DNA of 33,893 nucleotides from Octopus bimaculoides (taxonomy: Eukaryota), in contig NC_068986.1 in assembly GCF_001194135.2 (NCBI RefSeq), positions 75,763,949 through 75,797,841 on the forward strand, read 5' to 3'. The notes under the pieces were generated by a model. That model saw only the letters and a program-made list of their open reading frames with translations. It was not told the origin of the DNA and made no database searches. How positions within the stretch are numbered: position 1 is the first letter of the stretch; each line of letters opens with the position of its first letter. This document shows positions 21,788 to 31,953 of the stretch, piece by piece. A program made the translations under genes and the position numbers.

Positions 21788-22506
21788 CAGAATGAAAAAA
21801 ATATTAAAGATGCGGGGAATGGTTTTCAATGGACGGGTTTGAAATTACGTCGACGTCGATCAAAATGGATTTGAAATATATTTCAACTGTGTTTGTATTT
21901 CCTGTTTCATCATGTCATTGCACCGAACATGAATTACTAATATTATTGAAGTAACTGTCAAACGCGGAAAGCGGGTATATCCACCCAGAATTTTATTAAC
22001 GATAACTGCGGAAAACGGTTTTACACCACGGTTTTGAAAACGTTTCTCCTAATTCTGCGAGAAGCGGAGAAACCTCCCAGTGACACGTTCACAAAAGACA
22101 TTTTTTTCAGATTTTCTTAATTTTCTCACACATTTCAGCAAATATCTCTTTACAGAGCAAGAATCAAATACTTTTAGTGGTGGATATGAAGACCGCACTT
22201 ACAGAAGATACTGAAGTAGTATTGCCGAAGCAGAAAATTTCAATTCTACTTTTTGTTAGAAAAGTGCCATGAAATTTAATTACGCAGTCAAAGGGTTTTC
22301 AAAAAATCCTACATTTTTAACAACTTCTACTCTCATTCACAATAGTCACTACATCATAGCACATTTCCTCAAAATCATGAAAGTATCACCAGAAAAATAT
22401 ATTATATAAATTTGAGAAACCAGAAGAGAATTCTTAAACTGCCTTTAAACAGGATTTAAAAGATGTCAATGTGAAAACACGTCATCAGAGGCTGGTGACC
22501 AAAATA

Positions 22507-22977
22507 AAACTATTTAAGTGGAAAACTACACGATAGGAAAACACTAGGAAGAGACTAAAGTGTTGGTTAATGATTCAAATAGCTTTTTATTGACAACATC
22601 TTATCAACTTTTACCAGCAAATCCTCTGTGGAGAAATCAATAAGGCAAGTAGGCTGACATTGGTGGGAATAACATTAATACTGAAACCTATTCATATGAT
22701 GAACTATCAGCCAATTACACGCCAGAATTTATTGTATATAGCAGATCTAAACCTATTCTATCAGGAACATTGCAATGTCAACAATATCATTACAGATGAA
22801 CAAGCTGCAGGAAAGAAAGGAGTTTGAGGATCTATTAAGCAACTGCTGATCAACAAAATTGTGCTGTCAGAGGTGTGATAACATAGAAGGAATTTGGTTA
22901 TGATCTGGTCTGGTTACAAGAAAACATTTGATTCTGTGTCCCACATGTCGATGCATGAAGCTCAATATCTAGCAAAG
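22507..22977 (+). pseudogene. Decayed reverse transcriptase fragment of an R4/Dong-like (RLE) non-LTR retrotransposon
   Basis: One frame with several stops reads KLFKWKTT...ITLILK...NYQPITRQNLLY...EHCNVNNIITDEQAAGKKGV*GSIKQLLINKIVLSEV**HRRNLVMIWSGYKKTFDSVSH. This matches the WKxPG, NYRPI, EQxG and DxxKAFDSVxH motifs in R4-clade spacing (recognition, not searched). Confidence 0.8.
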
Positions 22978-23006
22978 AATTCTACGGATAGCTAAGAATT
23001 GATTAT

Positions 23007-23126
23007 GTTTACGGCCATATCACGCTGAGAGCACCGGTTCTCGTCCGTTCACCGAAGTTAAGCAACGTCGAGCCTAGTGAGTACTTAGATGGGTGACCGC
23101 TTGGGAAACCTAAGTGCTGTAAGCAT
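23007..23126 (+). rRNA. 5S: 5S rRNA copy; solitary, probably a pseudogene or a SINE3-type head
   Basis: gtttacggccatatcacgctgagagcaccggttctcgtccgttcaccgaagttaagcaacgtcgagcctagtgagtacttagatgggtgaccgcttgggaaacctaagtgctgtaagcat. It is 120 nt, helix I pairs fully (gtttacggc/gctgtaagc), and box A/C-like regions are present. No oligo-dT terminator follows. Confidence 0.9.
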
Positions 23127-23220
23127 CCCACACTAGGAGAATGATGCATCAGAATGGTGCAGACGCCTCTGACGAGAACCCAATAATGTTTGAAAGTCAA
23201 TTAAGGTTGTTCATTTTTTA

Positions 23221-23282
23221 AAGGCGGTGCTCCAGCATGGCCACAGTCAAATGACTGAAACAAGTAAAAGAGTAAAAGAGTA
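23221..23282 (+). mobile_element. SINE family B, extreme 3' tip
   Basis: aaggcggtgctccagcatggccacagtcaaatgactgaaacaagtaaaagagtaaaagag. Confidence 0.85.
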
Positions 23283-23888
23283 TATATCTCGTGATGGTGC
23301 TTGTAATAAGGAACGTGTAACCAAAGAATATTATCGCAGAACGAATAAAATTTGTTAGACGGAGCAACGTCTGTACCTGAAATCAAAACCTCTCAATGTT
23401 TGTAGAACCAGTTGCCGATTATAATATTTCGGTTAAATTCGAGATCCGATTGCAGATGCAACAAGTTCTTAACTGTCAAAATTTTAAGTGAGAAACACAT
23501 GTGCGAGGCGAGAGCTACTTTTTTTAATGTCTGAAATGTTTAAACTTGCAACAAACTTTAAACGATGGCCAGACAACCAGAGGCATTAAGAAAGAAACTT
23601 TTTTTTTCTCCTATGAGAATTTACAGACACATGTAAGCACACTAGCATACACACAGTGTGTATTGTGTATGTGTGTGTGTGTGTGTGTGTGTTAAAGCTT
23701 TCCATCTATTTTCAATCAAATCTCCGGTGTGTTAACTTGGGGTCCCCTGACAACAATGGAACCTTCATCTAACTAAGGTATCTTCAGTCTGATGAGTAGC
23801 TAGTGGAGTACCCGTCATTGAGTAATTACTACTTCCGAGGTTCTGCTATCTAGGAATCTATTCCCTCAATTTGAATTATATATATATA

Positions 23889-24091
23889 CTAGCTGTTTTT
23901 CCCGGTTTCACTCGGGCAATGTGGTGGATTTGGTTAAAGGCTATTTCCTATGTATATTTTGAATAATAAAAAGAACTAAAAATAAATTTAAAAAATTCCA
24001 AAAACAAAAAAAAGTAAGAACAACCCAAAAACAATACGATGCTAAGGATTTTGCGGGTCGATATTGTAAAACTAACTTCATGTGTGTACCC
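23889..24091 (-). mobile_element. Non-autonomous Helitron, 3' end; extends into a gap
   Basis: The minus strand reads ...cccgagtgaaaccggg-aaaaacag-CTAG|T, i.e. a subterminal GC hairpin (23901-23916), a CTRR terminus and a target T, the canonical Helitron 3' structure. Confidence 0.6.
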
Positions 24092-25530
24092 NNNNNNNNN
24101 NNNNNNNNNNNNNNNNNNNNNNNNNNNNNNNNNNNNNNNNNNNNNNNNNNNNNNNNNNNNNNNNNNNNNNNNNNNNNNNNNNNNNNNNNNNNNNNNNNNN
24201 NNNNNNNNNNNNNNNNNNNNNNNNNNNNNNNNNNNNNNNNNNNNNNNNNNNNNNNNNNNNNNNNNNNNNNNNNNNNNNNNNNNNNNNNNNNNNNNNNNNN
24301 NNNNNNNNNNNNNNNNNNNNNNNNNNNNNNNNNNNNNNNNNNNNNNNNNNNNNNNNNNNNNNNNNNNNNNNNNNNNNNNNNNNNNNNNNNNNNNNNNNNN
24401 NNNNNNNNNNNNNNNNNNNNNNNNNNNNNNNNNNNNNNNNNNNNNNNNNNNNNNNNNNNNNNNNNNNNNNNNNNNNNNNNNNNNNNNNNNNNNNNNNNNN
24501 NNNNNNNNNNNNNNNNNNNNNNNNNNNNNNNNNNNNNNNNNNNNNNNNNNNNNNNNNNNNNNNNNNNNNNNNNNNNNNNNNNNNNNNNNNNNNNNNNNNN
24601 NNNNNNNNNNNNNNNNNNNNNNNNNNNNNNNNNNNNNNNNNNNNNNNNNNNNNNNNNNNNNNNNNNNNNNNNNNNNNNNNNNNNNNNNNNNNNNNNNNNN
24701 NNNNNNNNNNNNNNNNNNNNNNNNNNNNNNNNNNNNNNNNNNNNNNNNNNNNNNNNNNNNNNNNNNNNNNNNNNNNNNNNNNNNNNNNNNNNNNNNNNNN
24801 NNNNNNNNNNNNNNNNNNNNNNNNNNNNNNNNNNNNNNNNNNNNNNNNNNNNNNNNNNNNNNNNNNNNNNNNNNNNNNNNNNNNNNNNNNNNNNNNNNNN
24901 NNNNNNNNNNNNNNNNNNNNNNNNNNNNNNNNNNNNNNNNNNNNNNNNNNNNNNNNNNNNNNNNNNNNNNNNNNNNNNNNNNNNNNNNNNNNNNNNNATA
25001 TACACATAAACGTTTTTGCAATATATTCTTGTTACAGTTATTATATGGAGTTGCAATACGAAGAAAGGTTTTCCTTTATTATAATCTATCAATTATATAA
25101 GGAAAAAAATATATTTGCAAAAACATTACATGGACCTTTGGAAAAGTAGTTTCCGTATTGTAAGAAGCACTTTCACTGTTTACAGCCACGTTTTGAGTTC
25201 AATTACGTTTTGACAGGTTTTGTTATTTATCCCTCAAGTTGCCCACAAACCTCGCTTTTGACCAAATAATGTTATTAGGATTGTCTTTTCAGTCGTCAAC
25301 ATCCCGAACATGCACAGATTGTTGTGTCTTTTATAGTTACCAACAGCAGATCCCTCACTGACATATTTCGCTTGACAAAACTGTCACATACAAATACACA
25401 AATACATACTGACATGCATATGCATTAACCACACACACATATATATATCATTTTGTGTGTGTGTATATCTATAGTATATATACACATGTATATTTTTTTA
25501 AATATATGCTATATAAATATATATAAATAG

Positions 25531-25690
25531 GTGCAGGCGTGGCTGGGTGATAAGAAGCTTGCTTCCCAACCATATGGTTCCGGGCTCAGTCCCACTGCGT
25601 GGCACCTTAGGCAGGTGTCTTCTACTGTAGCCTCAGGCCGACAAAGGCCTTGTGAGTGGATTTGGTAGACGGAAATTGAAAGAAGCCCGT

Positions 25691-25757
<67 letters not shown>

Positions 25758-25975
25758 NNNNNNNNNNNNNNNNNNNNNNNNNNNNNNNNNNNNNNNNNNN
25801 NNNNNNNNNNNNNNNNNNNNNNNNNNNNNNNNNNNNNNNNNNNNNNNNNNNNNNNNNNNNNNNNNNNNNNNNNNNNNNNNTATATATATATATATGTTTG
25901 TGTCTGTGTCTGTACCCCCACCATCGCTTGACAACCGATGTTGGTGTGTTTACGTCCCTGTAACCTAGCGGTTAT
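25531..25975 (+). mobile_element. SINE family B with an internal (CA)n/(TA)n microsatellite and gap
   Basis: Head 25531-25692, microsatellite 25693-25895, then ccaccatcgcttgacaaccgatgttggtgtgtttacgtccctgtaacctagcggtt. Confidence 0.9.
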
Positions 25976-26924
25976 AGAAGAATAGAACTACAGTAATGTG
26001 GAACGTATGTATATATATATATATTGCCGATGCTCAAACGATTCTAACAATCCACTGGCGCCTAGTCTTCATGTATTACTGGTACTTGAATGCGAAGCTG
26101 AATGTGATGTCACACTGTTGATCTGTGCCCTCCTGTTTTTCATATCATGCTCTCCGCCACTACAACAGGTGACAAAAGGTGCACTGCAACGAAAGAGTGT
26201 CTATCTCATTCTAAATGTACTAGAATTAGTTGCCAAATCTTCTCATATCATACCCTGCTGTTTAAAGGAGATAGACACATTGGATAATGTAGTCTCAAAT
26301 ACGTAATACCCGACAACAATGGTGAGACGTTTGTAAGGCCTTTTACCACAGTTTCATCTCAGTCGTAGCTGACCAAGGGTTAAAAACGACATGACAAAAT
26401 AAATTACTTTTACTTAAATCGGAGACAACATACTTAATATACTGTGACCCCTAACTAAGGACACACCCCACGCGCGTAACAAGTTAATCAATTAAAATTA
26501 TAGTTGTAAGGCAAAGAAATATTAGTATTAATGATAACTGTTGTCAATAAATGGAATGGAAGCAACCCCGAAATGCAAATTAATTAAAATTAAGCATTAA
26601 TGCGCAAAGGAGAGTAAGGGGAAACAATTCCAGGCATATTTCAGTCTTTATTTGATCTTCTCAGTGAAGTTTAGAATGGCTGAAACAATATATAAGTTTC
26701 GAATAGGCGAGAGATACTTTTTATGTGGCAATATTAGACACTATGAAACAAATATATTACTGATTTTTTATTTCATTGAGTCGGGGGAGACGTTGAGGGA
26801 AAGATGAATGATAAACCGGTGGACACCAATGTGAGCCGACCTCAGCAGGCGTAATAAAATGAAACCACAAAACATTAAATCTGATATTCCGCAGTTTGTA
26901 TTCTTTGACACTCAGTACTGGGCC

Positions 26925-26965
26925 ATGGATCATTTAGTACCGGGCCGCACTGAGAGAATAAATTT
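26925..26965 (+). mobile_element. Possible hAT/Charlie-type MITE remnant
   Basis: cagtactgggccatggatcatttagtaccgggccgcac resembles recalled Charlie-type subterminal sequence; short, with no TIR pair found. Confidence 0.25.
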
Positions 26966-27064
26966 TTAAACTTTATTTCTATTCTATTGACTATTGTTGT
27001 CTGCAGGATGCTTTTGCATTATATATGTAATATATGTGCAATATACATGCATTATATATGTAAT

Positions 27065-27227
27065 GGTGGAGGCGCAATGGCCCAGTAGTTAGGGCAGCGG
27101 ACTCGCGGTCATAGGATCGCGGTTTCGATTCCCAGACAAGGCGTTGTAAGTGTTTATTGAGCAAAAACACCTAAAGCTCCACGAGGCTCCTGCTGTACTC
27201 TTTCACCACAACTTTCTCTCACTCTTT
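27065..27227 (+). mobile_element. tRNA-derived SINE family D; runs into a gap
   Basis: ggtggaggcgcaatggcccagtagttagggcagcggactcgcggtcataggatcgcggtttcgattccc: A box, anticodon-like stem, B box GGTTTCGATTCC. The body continues without a tRNA acceptor end. Confidence 0.8.
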
Positions 27228-27984
27228 NNNNNNNNNNNNNNNNNNNNNNNNNNNNNNNNNNNNNNNNNNNNNNNNNNNNNNNNNNNNNNNNNNNNNNNNN
27301 NNNNNNNNNNNNNNNNNNNNNNNNNNNNNNNNNNNNNNNNNNNNNNNNNNNNNNNNNNNNNNNNNNNNNNNNNNNNNNNNNNNNNNNNNNNNNNNNNNNN
27401 NNNNNNNNNNNNNNNNNNNNNNNNNNNNNNNNNNNNNNNNNNNNNNNNNNNNNNNNNNNNNNNNNNNNNNNNNNNNNNNNNNNNNNNNNNNNNNNNNNNN
27501 NNNNNNNNNNNNNNNNNNNNNNNNNNNNNNNNNNNNNNNNNNNNNNNNNNNNNNNNNNNNNNNNNNNNNNNNNNNNNNNNNNNNNNNNNNNNNNNNNNNN
27601 NNNNNNNNNNNNNNNNNNNNNNNNNNNNNNNNNNNNNNNNNNNNNNNNNNNNNNNNNNNNNNNNNNNNNNNNNNNNNNNNNNNNNNNNNNNNNNNNNNNN
27701 NNNNNNNNNNNNNNNNNNNNNNNNNNNNNNNNNNNNNNNNNNNNNNNNNNNNNNNNNNNNNNNNNNNNNNNNNNNNNNNNNNNAAGCCTATTTTAGAAAG
27801 TCGATTTTTGAAAAAAGGCATTTTAAATTAACTAAAGGTTATTAAAGTAGAGATTAATTTCTGGGGCGGTTTATAAACTCGGGAGTCACACAGTGGAGGT
27901 GAACACACTAAAACTTCACAAACTGAAAGTTCCCATACTGGAGGTAGACACACTGAATTGTTACGATTCCAAGTGATCAAGAAA

Positions 27985-28160
27985 TATTGGTCTCAAATTT
28001 TGGCGCAAAACCAGCAATTTCGGTGGGGAGGTCAGTCTATTATAACGACCCCAGAGTTCAACTGATACGTATTTGGCGAAATTTGATCTCAGAACGTAAA
28101 TACGGACGAAATTCCACTATCATTTTGCTCGGCATGCTTAACGACTTTGCCAGCTTGCTG
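27985..28160 (-). mobile_element. SINE family A copy with an internal deletion
   Basis: tattggtctcaaattttggcgcaaaaccagcaatttcgg...ggcgaaatttgatctcagaacgtaaa...gcttaacgactttgccagc. Confidence 0.8.
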
Positions 28161-30427
28161 CATTCAGGTCATCAACAATTAATAATTCAATTAAAACCAA
28201 ATAACAACAATGTTGCCCTTTTCTTCAACATTACAATTGGTTTTGCCAGTGGAGCATCTAGAGTGTGTGCTACCCGGGACAGCTCTTGAGTTTGTCACTT
28301 TCTCCCGAGCCCCGAAGCTCTCTAACCTATACGGGCTTATACAACAGACCCAGAAGTGCCGCCCACATAAAATTATCGCCTCTAGCTATGCTATTGTATT
28401 TTAACAGCATTCCTCTCTCTTCCCAGCTGTTTAACCCCAGGTCATCTCTGATTGAGTATACACATAATCAAAACACATTCCAGTTGCAACCACCCTATCG
28501 TTCCTTTCTGGGTAAGTGTAGTTCGAATATAAACTTTTGTTTCTTTAAGATGACAGAGTGTCCATTTCCATGAGATTTGGCTACTATTTCCTGCTGGAAT
28601 TTACAGATTGATGACGTACACGCTACTACCTATCCCTTCTCTAGTTGTCTCTCTTTTTTCAACGCTGTTGTTAAACGTCATCGCTTCATATTTCTTCACT
28701 TATTGAGGCATATTTGGAGCCAAAAACAAGTTTCGTTATTGCATCCATTCCAGTATCGACGTCACAGATGTTGTGACGTGTTCAGACGTGTTGTGACGTC
28801 ATCTACCGTCTTCTCCACCGTTCAGGTAGGAGTGACTTGCTCTTGGAACCTTTCACGCTGACCTCTACTCAATGGCCCTAAAAATAGTTATCTTCAAGAC
28901 AGCAGAGCTCACAAGTTTTCAGGCATATTATTATTATTATGCTATGTTTGGAAGAATTAATGAGAGACAAAGAAAGAGAGAAAGTACATGGTTGCGCGCG
29001 CGTGTGTGTGTGTGTGTGTGTGCGGAGGTGGTGGAGTCTGTATAAGTGTGCGTTGTACGTGTGTCTGTGTGTGTGAGTGAGATACAGACAGATATACAGA
29101 CAGATTGAATGACAGGCGAAATAAGAGAACAGAAGAGTAAATGAGAATATTAAAGCGCTTGCGAGTATATGTGTGTGTGGGAAAGTAAACATCTGTAAAA
29201 CGTAAGAATATAAGTCACACATATTTATCTGCATATGGGTATGGATAAGAACATGAGAGTACGCTTCTATCTATGTCTACGAATGCGTACGTGCGTGCGT
29301 GTGTATGTGTGTGTGTGTGTGTTTTTTTATGTGTGTGTGTGTGTGCTTGTGTGACATAATGATAGATATTTGTTAAACATGTGTTAATGCGAAAACAAAA
29401 AAAAGAAAACTGAGAGTAATGTGAAATATGAAATGGAGAGCTTCTGATCNNNNNNNNNNNNNNNNNNNNNNNNNNNNNNNNNNNNNNNNNNNNNNNNNNN
29501 NNNNNNNNNNNNNNNNNNNNNNNNNNNNNNNNNNNNNNNNNNNNNNNNNNNNNNNNNNNNNNNNNNNNNNNNNNNNNNNNNNNNNNNNNNNNNNNNNNNN
29601 NNNNNNNNNNNNNNNNNNNNNNNNNNNNNNNNNNNNNNNNNNNNNNNNNNNNNNNNNNNNNNNNNNNNNNNNNNNNNNNNNNNNNNNNNNNNNNNNNNNN
29701 NNNNNNNNNNNNNNNNNNNNNNNNNNNNNNNNNNNNNNNNNNNNNNNNNNNNNNNNNNNNNNNNNNNNNNNNNNNNNNNNNNNNNNNNNNNNNNNNNNNN
29801 NNNNNNNNNNNNNNNNNNNNNNNNNNNNNNNNNNNNNNNNNNNNNNNNNNNNNNNNNNNNNNNNNNNNNNNNNNNNNNNNNNNNNNNNNNNNNNNNNNNN
29901 NNNNNNNNNNNNNNNNNNNNNNNNNNNNNNNNNNNNNNNNNNNNNNNNNNNNNNNNNNNNNNNNNNNNNNNNNNNNNNNNNNNNNNNNNNNNNNNNNNNN
30001 NNNNNNNNNNNNNNNNNNNNNNNNNNNNNNNNNNNNNNNNNNNNNNNNNNNNNNNNNNNNNNNNNNNNNNNNNNNNNNNNNNNNNNNNNNNNNNNNNNNN
30101 NNNNNNNNNNNNNNNNNNNNNNNNNNNNNNNNNNNNNNNNNNNNNNNNNNNNNNNNNNNNNNNNNNNNNNNNNNNNNNNNNNNNNNNNNNNNNGGGGTGG
30201 TGTGATGTGGCGTAGTGGTGTGGTGTGGTGTGCCATGTTGGTGTGTGGGGATGTGAGGGTGAGGATATGGGTTTGGGTTGAGGATGTGGGAGTAGGGGTG
30301 GGTTAAATGGGAGCGGGATATGTGAGGGTGGGGTGGATGGAGGGGGTATTAATGAAGGGAGAAGGTGGGTAGAAGCGAAAAGAGGAAAGAAAATAGGTGT
30401 CAGATGAAGAGAGGAGAGGAGGGGGAG

Positions 30428-30812
30428 TCAGAAGAAAAGGGGAGGGGAATTGAGCCCATATGGCGCGAAGGAGCGAAGAGAGAAGATTAACACCTGTTCA
30501 CAGTGAAGCCGGGAGTCCGGATGGCTCCTGCGCAAAGACAATCCGAACACATACACGTGTTGTAATGAATGACTGATACCGCGGAAATGGCGCGAGACCG
30601 GGGTGTCATTGCCGAGTTTAATGTCTCGTAGGTGCTCCACGAATCGGTCATCCAAGCGGCGTCCCGTTTGACCGATGTACAGAGAAGGACAGAAAGAACA
30701 AGTGATGCAGTAAATGACGTTGCTAGAAGTGCAGGTAAAGGAGTCAGTGATATGATAGGGACGATGATGGGTGCCTGTAAGAATGGTGGTGTTAGAAGGT
30801 AGGGGTAAGTGC
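30428..30812 (-). mobile_element. Penelope-like element, GIY-YIG endonuclease C-terminal region
   Basis: FTCTSSNVIYCITCSFCPSLYIGQTGRRLDDRFVEHLRDIK...HF...EQVLIFSLRSFAPYGLN contains the NVIY...YIGQT...RF.EH signature of PLE endonucleases. Confidence 0.92.
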
Positions 30813-31282
30813 NNNNNNNNNNNNNNNNNNNNNNNNNNNNNNNNNNNNNNNNNNNNNNNNNNNNNNNNNNNNNNNNNNNNNNNNNNNNNNNNNNNNNNNN
30901 NNNNNNNNNNNNNNNNNNNNNNNNNNNNNNNNNNNNNNNNNNNNNNNNNNNNNNNNNNNNNNNNNNNNNNNNNNNNNNNNNNNNNNNNNNNNNNNNNNNN
31001 NNNNNNNNNNNNNNNNNNNNNNNNNNNNNNNNNNNNNNNNNNNNNNNNNNNNNNNNNNNNNNNNNNNNNNNNNNNNNNNNNNNNNNNNNNNNNNNNNNNN
31101 NNNNNNNNNNNNNNNNNNNNNNNNNNNNNNNNNNNNNNNNNNNNNNNNNNNNNNNNNNNNNNNNNNNNNNNNNNNNNNNNNNNNNNNNNNNNNNNNNNNN
31201 NNNNNNNNNNNNNNNNNNNNNNNNNNNNNNNNNNNNNNNNNNNNNNNNNNNNNNNNNNNNNNNNNNNNNNNNNNNNNNNNNN

Positions 31283-31897
31283 GGGGAAGAGTAGAGGCAT
31301 GATCCACGGAACGTGCTCTGGCAAGGGCGGTGTGGATAGTGGTGAAGGGATATCCACGAAGGATGAAGTGGTGAGCCATAAGTTGAGACTGAGTCTCAAA
31401 GTCATGGTTGTCACTGCAGAGCCTGCGTAGACGGAGGAATTTGGAGTAGGGGATGGAGAGCTTGGTGTGGGTAGAGTGGGAGGAGGAGAAGTTGAGGTAT
31501 GAGTGTGAGTCGGTGTGTTTGTAGTGGATGAAGGTAGTGAGAACCGAGTAGTGTATGTTGATTGAAATGTCGAGAAAGGCGACAGAAGTGTTGGAAATGG
31601 AGCAGAAGAATTTGAGCGCAGGATAGAAGGACTAGACGAAAGAGAGGAAGGAGTCTAGTTGTTCACGGGAGAGCGAGGTCGCACTGATACGGTCATCAAT
31701 ATAACGACCGCATAGTTCGGGAGTGGGACCAGCTGACCTCGAAAATATTTGGGCTTCAACGTAGCCAACGAACAGGTTCACATAGTTGGGACCCATTTTC
31801 GTTCCCATGGCCACTCCCAAGTTTTGCTAGCAAAACTCCCCCGCGAACGCGAAGCAGTTGAGGGAGAGAACAAGCTCGGCCAGACGGAGTGTGGACC
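31283..31897 (-). mobile_element. Penelope-like element, RT/thumb region; 5'-truncated, two in-frame stops
   Basis: One frame reads STLRLAELVLSLNCFAFAGEFC*QNLGVAMGTKMGPNYVNLFVGYVE...CGRYIDD...FV*SFYPALKF...VAFLDISI...IHYKHTDSHSYLNFSSSH..HTKLSIPYSKFLRLRRLCS...RGYP. The GVAMG, RYIDD, FLD, YxK and RGYP motifs are PLE RT motifs, collinear with the GIY-YIG part across a 470-N gap. Confidence 0.92.
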
Positions 31898-31953
31898 TCC
31901 GCATGAGATTGAACATGTATACAGTTCTACATACATGTTCAATCTCATGCGGA
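31898..31953. repeat. Perfect 23-bp inverted repeat with a 10-nt loop
   Basis: tccgcatgagattgaacatgtat-acagttctac-atacatgttcaatctcatgcgga. Confidence 0.95.

Noticed and set aside
23785-23815. CTGATGA as a hammerhead core
   Set aside because: No downstream stem II-GAAA.
28410-28516. Plus-strand AG...GTAAGT exon-like segment
   Set aside because: No recognisable peptide, and the sequence looks like a dispersed repeat remnant; splice-like motifs are probably incidental.
30428-31414. A single intact 328-aa ORF as listed in the track
   Set aside because: Frame continuity across the 470-N gap is arbitrary, and the listed N-terminus is not the RT frame. It is treated as two PLE fragments.
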